Shown one piece after another: positions 57,226-64,000 of a stretch of DNA of 64,000 bases (the first letter of the stretch is position 1; the number at the start of each line of letters is the position of its first letter). The stretch is taken from assembly GCA_965644295.1 (NCBI GenBank), contig CBFFRP010000259.1, positions 34,010 to 98,009 of the forward strand. The letters run 5' to 3'. Both the position numbers and the translations under genes were made by a program. Below the pieces are notes generated by a model. It ran no database searches. It was not told the origin of the DNA and saw only the letters and a list, made by a program, of their open reading frames with translations. The stretch is from Paraphysomonas bandaiensis (lineage: Eukaryota > Protista > Chrysophyceae).

Positions 57226-57305
57226 ATTGAAAGTCTTTTTATTTAACAATAGGCGTTAAATACTCATTCCAATATAGTGGCTAGCTAGTTGAATGCTAGA
57301 CATAC
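57226..57305 (-). repeat. Fragment of the dispersed repeat family
   Basis: Diverged reverse complement of about 25445-25520 (ATTGAAAGTCTTTT..CAATAGGCGTTAAA..GAATGCTAGACATAC). Confidence 0.75.
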
Positions 57306-57391
57306 CAATGGAGGACTTCCAATAATGCACCATCCGAAAAAACAAAAGGTGGAACAAAGGGTGGAACAAATTTCTAAAATCCAGGCGTTTG

Positions 57392-59833
57392 TGTCAAGTT
57401 ATGACACAATTGGATGATTTACTAAGATAACTGGACGTGTATTCACTCATGAATCAAGTTAAGATGAGAGAAGATTATAAAAAATATAATAAGCAATATA
57501 TCACGTTATCTCTACTACCACTCATTTCTAGTACGATCTTACATCGTCATGATATCACTTCTCATAATACAGTTCATCACTACTGTATTCTCCAGTAACC
57601 GTCATAATTCCAATATCTTAGAATTACAGCTTTTAATTGCTCAAACAGCAAAACTCAACACTCCCTCTCAATTCAAAGCTGTACATTGAATTGTCAAACC
57701 ACGAGTCATAACTGACGGGCGGATACGCAACCACCAAGACCTCATGAGCTGTACATTGAATCTTCACATCGCAAGACATAATTGACGGATACTATGTAGA
57801 TTGAATCCTCACATCACGAGACATAACTGATGGGTAGAATTACAGCTTTTAATTGCTCCAACAGCAAAACTCAACACTCCCTCTCAATTCAAAGCTGTAG
57901 ATAGACTCTTCATATCACGAGACATAACTGACGGATACGCAACCACCAAAACCTCATAGGACAAACCGGTGGACGTATGACTCCGACGTTTCAGCAAGTC
58001 TCACCATAGACAACACATCTGAAAGATCTTCTGTCTCTGATAACAGCACGTATGATTTCTTATCCTCGTCACTGAGATCAATCAACGCTAAGTCACGTGC
58101 GCTCTGGCTGTCAGGAAGAATGGAGTGGATTCGTACAATCGAAGTCCCAGTTCGATCAACACCCCCCGAAGCCACACCAGTTCCTGCATGCCAGCAGACA
58201 CAGCCTGCTACTTACACACTGAAGCAAATCAAGGCAATTAACAAACTTCTCATATATTATGCCTTGGTCTCTCTATAATTAGACATATTATGTTAGTTAT
58301 TAGAACAGTCACTGTCATCACACAGATTGACAATCTCCTCATCATAAAGGTTTACCTCACCCAGGGTGGACACACTAGTCAACACCCGTACGCTTACCAC
58401 ACAAGTCTCCCTACACTCAGCAGGTACAGTCTCACAGACACGATTCACGCTGATCTCACTAGATATAATACGAACAGTACCAACACAACTCTTCCTGGTT
58501 TCCCCAGACGCCGTCGAAGCAGTACATACACATGTGCCTCATACACTCTTCTCACTGGTCTCCACTGGTGAACGGCATCTTCCTCACATAGGAAGTTGAT
58601 CTCACCCAGAGTGGACACATCAGTCACAACTCTTCGGGTGCGTACCCTTTTTGCCTGAGGCAGTCGGGTTAGCAGCGTTACTCCTGCTAGGGACACACAC
58701 GCTTGACTCTCTACTAGACATAGCGCTAACGCTTCTCTCGGGTAGGCACTTGGGATCTCTATCCCCGATGAGTCATCTGCCGTAAACTGTTTGGGTGTCC
58801 CACCCCCAGCCGGCATCGATCGCTCCTCACCACCTGCCCCATCGTCACGGGTCGCAGGTTTTTCGTACCACCAGCGTTTATACATATTGGTTAAAGATAC
58901 AACATCCCCAACATGCGATGGAGTTCTCCTCCAACTGCTCTCGACCAGCAGTTACTAAGGCTCTATAAGCCACAATCGGACCCTTCCGAACTACGACTCT
59001 CGCAGCTCTAAACAGGAAGCCTTCATCAGCATGACGGTATGGTCCGATTAAATGGTTGAACTCTTCAACCTGTCGAGCATCATCGATAGCAATCCATTAC
59101 ATGAGGAAACACTCTCATCAAATGTAGGGTTAATTGATGCGACTCATGATATCACATTGCCCCCTCATCGACAGCACTCCATCTATCTCATGAGGAGCTA
59201 CTCTCATCATATAGGACACAATGGACACGAGTCCTCATCACTCGCACCCCCATCGATAGCACACTACACCCCCATCCACAGAATCAGACACATTACTGAA
59301 TCACCGTGCTCACACTCCATCCATGGGTAGACATCATTCTGATAATTATATGGGTCTCTTCAGAGGGTTCATACAGCATCAACCCAGTATACTTTTTCTG
59401 TTATGTTCGTATGAAAACCCCGATTTTCATAAATAATACTGGTTTTATATCCTATATACTGCTGTATGTTTCTACTATACAAAAAAGCAGTACTCCTGCT
59501 TCTCTGTCCAGTACATTCCAATGGTCACACTTCAGCAGTTGCTTCCAACTACCATGCGCTACCATGTCAAGTTATGACACAATTGGATGATTTACTAAGA
59601 TAACTGGACGTGTATTCACTCATGAATCAAGTTAAGATGAGAGAAGATTATAAAAAATATAATAAGCAATATATCACGTTATCTCTACTACCACTCATTT
59701 CTAGTACGATCTTACATCGTCATGATATCACTTCTCATAATACAGTTCATCACTACTGTATTCTCCAGTAACCGTCATAATTCCAATATCTTAGAATTAC
59801 AGCTTTTAATTGCTCAAACAGCAAAACTCAACA
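57392..59833 (-). mobile_element. Intact-ended non-autonomous LTR retrotransposon, copy 2
   Basis: Identical 269-bp LTRs at 57392-57660 and 59565-59833; 5-bp TSD GTTTG at 57387-57391 and 59834-59838; PBS TGGTAGCGC; PPT GAGAGGGAG. Confidence 0.95.
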
Positions 59834-59947
59834 GTTTGTTCCAACGTGGACCTCCAAAAATGAATCTTTTTGCACCGCAGCATCGCCACTCAGAGCAGTG
59901 TGTCTTAAAGTGTAGTGTACAATATACACAATAGTTTGGAAGCCAGC

Positions 59948-60227
59948 ATGCCTACGAAGAGCTCTACACCAAAAAAGAGGGAGGGACGAGGGCGGACCTA
60001 CACCCACCTGGAATTGGACACTCTGCTGTCTCTTGTAGAAGAGAGACTGCCTCTGGGCATGGGTAAGCATGTGCAATAACATACATTATGTGATTCATTA
60101 TACTTCAGACGGATGGGAGGACCTGACGTTGGAGTAAAATCGCCAACTCCCACTTGAGCTTTCACGGGACATGGAGTCCCTGAGAAATAAGTTCTAAGGT
60201 TTATAAGAAACAAGAAAAAGCCCACAG
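59948..60227 (+). pseudogene. Myb/SANT-like (DUF6818-type) domain relic, possibly transposon-derived
   Basis: YTHLELDTLLSLVEERLPLGM|intron|DGWEDL..*NRQLP..RDMESLRNKF*GL..KKKPT; stops and frameshifts. Confidence 0.6.
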
Positions 60228-61130
60228 GTACTGCTGCTTGCAATCAATATATGTTATAAAAATAATGTATGAACAGCTGGAGGTCATGGCAACCTAAGAT
60301 CACTGAAAAGATATGAAATGGTTGTTTATCGAAACAACAAAACAGAACTACTAATAATAACTCTTTAAGAAACCAACAGCCAAGAAACACAGAAGCTCCC
60401 CCTGTATCCTGCAATCTAAAGCTCCCAATAGACAGATCAGTCAACCAACTATGTTAATTTCATAGAGAATTATTATTAAAAACTAAGTTACAAGCAAAAC
60501 GAAAGACAGACCCCTAGTCTAAAGACTCCTCCTCATACACAGGACATTGAATGCAACCACAACCGTACAATATGCTCAAACATGTACTACACTACATACG
60601 ATTCATATCCTACATCGTTTATAGTCAAAAACCCCCTGAAATACGCCTAAATAGGTCTTTTCCAAAAACCTCCGATTTTTTGAGTCCCAAAAAACCCAAA
60701 AATCCCCAATTTTTGAGAATTGCAGAAAATCGCCGATTTTCGAGCCACAAACACCCAAAATGACAATATTCGAATCCACAAAAATTGCAAGCACATTTCA
60801 TGACAACTGCAATCACATTTCAACCCGTTAAACATCGCCATTCCTGCGAACCAGTGTACAACAGACCTAGCCATCTATACATAGGGAAATTTTACCATCA
60901 GCATGCCTAGAACACCTATGCATCTGTGCCCAATGGCACCCTACGAATTCCTCCCCATTCCACAGAAAATCGATGGTGTGTGATAATGGGAAAATAATCG
61001 TATATCATAGTCCGGAACGATGAGCAAGCACATAGAGCTGTTCAAAACCATCAGAAAGCTTCTCATAATGATGAATGGACTACGAATATCGCACATGCGG
61101 TACCAATCAATGTTTCCTAACTCAAATCGC

Positions 61131-61481
61131 TGTTACACCGACTGCTATATGGATATAGGTGTAAACCAACGGGTGGCAATCACGTAGGCCCACGAAATTG
61201 TGTGTATCACTGCTTCCTAACCCCAATCGCTGCCGTATGCCTCCTCCTAATCACGCTGGTATTACTCATCCCCCTCGAAAAGCTCGTAGGAAATACAGAA
61301 GTCGTGTCCATGATGGTTAGTAAGTCTTGTTTCGTTCCCTTTAGATCACTCTAATAATTCAATCTATCAACTACTTATAAAACTTGTTCATTCCTTCTCC
61401 ATATACTATAACCGCCTATTATACCAATATATATCATCATATAAAACTACCAAGGGCGTTATAAAAGCCCACGGCTTTACA
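61131..61481 (-). repeat. Probable 3' LTR of the Gypsy element (351 bp)
   Basis: The minus-strand purine tract GAGAAAGGGTAA is followed by TGTAAAGCCG ... CGGTGTAACA (TG..CA, imperfect terminal IR). Confidence 0.6.
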
Positions 61482-61512
61482 TTACCCTTTCTCGCCGCCC
61501 CGGATGCCGTAG

Positions 61513-64000
61513 CTACTCCTGAATAATTTTGGGATAAGCCGCAGCGAGCGACGCATCAACCAAAATCATGCGAGCAGGGTCAAAATCCTTCTGGGACCCC
61601 CAACAATAGACCAAATAGTTGTCGAAGGCATAGTTGGAACCGTTGAGATTAAAACGGGCGCTAATCTTGCGTTTGGAATTCTTGTGATACCAATGGGTGT
61701 ACGTGAATTCCATGACATACGCGGCCGTGGCATAATCCGGTAAACCAAGACTCTCGTACCACAGGTCACCGTAGAACCTGAGATCAACATAGACAGTATC
61801 TCCAACCGACACTGTTGTGATATTCTCTTTCCTCATTGAAGAAATAAAACGCTTCGCAGTAAACGAGTCGTATGCGAGGTGCCGCAAGTAAGGCCTAGAC
61901 TCACAGAAATCATAATATGCCTCACACTGAATATCCGGTGTCCATGGAATGTCCGAGATATCGCCGTCCGCATACTTCTCACCTTGAAGACCATCGTAGA
62001 TTTGGTTCGTGAATCTCCCGTATATGAAAGAATCTCCTCCACCTTAAATTGTTCATGGTCTCGCATCGCCGCTTCAATAGCCGATTCCTTATCTCCGAAA
62101 AATGGCTCAAGATCAGAGACAGAGTATTCCGAATTCCCCCGGTAAGAAGGTTTCCGAATTTGAACATCATTCTTGTATTGCCGTACCACTTCGAAAGGAC
62201 CCTTCATCCTCGAGGATAATTTCGGATGTGGTTTAGCACCAGCGTCGAACATAACAAAATCGCCTCGGACAATACTGGTTTTGTTTGGCAGGATCCAAAC
62301 CCGCTTCAGCTCGTTTCTCAACTAGAGACTTCTGGTAATCTGCTGATATCTGGCGAACCAGAGCTAAGTAATCGTTCAGCCTTTTCAACAGCTGATGAGA
62401 CGGATCATTGTCTCTCCCTGGGCAGCCAAAAGATTCTTATAGATAGAATCCTGGGACCCAAGACGTCAGTTCGAACGCAGAATACCCCGTCTCACTACTC
62501 TCGTGGGTATTCAGAATGAACATGATAGTGGCAAGTGACAGTTCGTCCTCCAAAGCATCAGCCTCGATTCGCTTGTCAAAACAAATAGCACGGATGTGAC
62601 GAACCACTTCCTTAATAATACGCTCACATCCATTGACATGCCTGTTGGCAATACTAAAAACATGACGAAGTCCTGACAACCAACTCAGTTCTGCGAAAAG
62701 TTCGATTTGAGATCAGGACCCATATCTGATATATAATCATATCCGTGAGCCCGTATGTACACCAGCACTTCCACACTGCTGTAGCTAAATTGATAGCTGT
62801 CATTCCTTTCACCGCATATAGGTACACCAATTTCGTAAACAAATTAACCATGACCACAATATGCGTGTAACCAGATTTAGAAACAGGTGTAATAGCAACC
62901 GCGTCAATTCCCAAAGCACTCCTGGAATGAGGCGGTTTTAAATGTCTAGTGATAGGAATCAATCGCTGCTTCAGCTCTGCCTATTCTTCTGACAGTTGAT
63001 ACATTCGTCCACGAAGTCTGCAACCACCTTGAAAGGCACGCCGTGTCCCGGAAATTGCTTACATCAGACGCTTCCACGTCTCTTTCGCACCCCAGTGTCC
63101 TACTTGCGCGTTGTGAACCTCCTTGATAGCCTGATGATAATCTATCCTCTGCTCCTCCGTAGGTGGCGCGATCTCCTGCACTTCGTCCTCAAAATCGTCT
63201 TTTTCAAAGATGTTATGCAGTGTCACGAAGTTCACTTCATCTGAGTCGAAATCGTCACTTTCGTCCACAAATCCGGACAAATACAGCAATCTTGACAAGC
63301 AATCCGCAACCACATTGTTCTTCCCTGGGATATGACGAATCAAAAAGTCAAAATCCTGCAAATAAATTCTCCATCGAATTATCTTCGCAACTTCTGATGC
63401 CTCCATCCACACAAGGTTGTTGTGGTCCGTCTCGATTGTAAATTTCTTTCCTCTCAGATAAAACGAAAAATTTCTTGACTGAATAGAATATACCAAAACC
63501 CTCCTTCTCAATAGTACACCACTTCAAGGCTTGCTCTGACAATTTCTTGGAACAGATAGCAATAGTTTGCTGTTGAATCGGACTAGGACCCAGTTCCCTC
63601 AACAGTCTGGAAAAGAATGCCTGCCACTCCATAGTCACTGGCATCTGTCCTAAGTGTCCACTCAAGATCATAATTCGGATAACAACAAAGCACAAGACTG
63701 TTGCAAACCACTCTTATAGTTTTCAAACTCCTGCACCCTATATCGTGCTGCCATGTCGTTTCTTCCCAATTAAAACTACCTCTTAGTCATTATCCGCAAG
63801 ATGTTTAACCTAATCTGAAGTACAGTCCGAACAAATGGAGCAAGAATACTCCCAGACAACAAAGATCTAATCTTCTTACATCTATTTCCATTCTCTGGAA
63901 AAGAATCTTCAATAAAGCCTCTTTCCACAAATCCGTGAGCTCGAAACTATTGTGCCTTACCAAATAGCCAAAAAACTTGATCTCCCTAAATCCTAACCAG
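61513..64000 (-). mobile_element. Ty3/Gypsy chromovirus-like pol (RT end, RNase H, integrase, chromodomain), frameshifted, continuing beyond the window
   Basis: IEKEG, FTIETDHNNL, IRHIPGKNNVVADCLSR, HNAQVGH..CINCQK, GIDAV, NGCERIIKEV, KGPFEV and chromodomain FKVEEILSY..FKV; RH-INT domain order. Confidence 0.92.

Noticed and set aside
53473-59934. Short ORFs inside the LTR elements as genes
   Set aside because: They have no recognisable domains, several differ in frame or length between the two copies, and some lie within LTRs.

Overview
Eukaryotic genomic DNA with short GT-AG introns, most consistent with a stramenopile (probably chrysophyte-like). This rests on gene content and is inference: CPI1, a NERD1-like protein, a stramenopile-type Crypton, a Crinkler-like gene and a PSSQPT-repeat surface protein. 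The window has two compartments. From 1 to about 44 kb it is gene-dense: FYVE-ankyrin protein, GMC oxidoreductase, SR-rich protein, NERD1-like FG-GAP protein, methyltransferase, CPI1, FKBP, JmjC protein, PP1 inhibitor-3, a 3353-aa lectin/mucin/multi-TM protein, an FG-GAP membrane protein and an hnRNP. It also holds two pseudogenes (SDR42E1-like, sulfatase) and nested non-autonomous DNA transposons, including a MULE-like element with a 9-bp TSD. From about 44 to 64 kb it is accessory and TE-rich: an F-box/ankyrin gene built as a 51-nt constant plus 36-nt variable array, a Copia gag relic, a broken Crinkler-type NTPase-REase-HhH gene, two non-autonomous LTR elements bracketing a Crypton relic and a Mug135-like ORF, a Myb/SANT (DUF6818-like) relic and a chromodomain Gypsy pol. 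Intergenic regions repeatedly show (TACA)n, TACAGT-rich tracts and 10-bp-phased A/T tracts. All family calls come from motif recognition by eye; no database searches were run.
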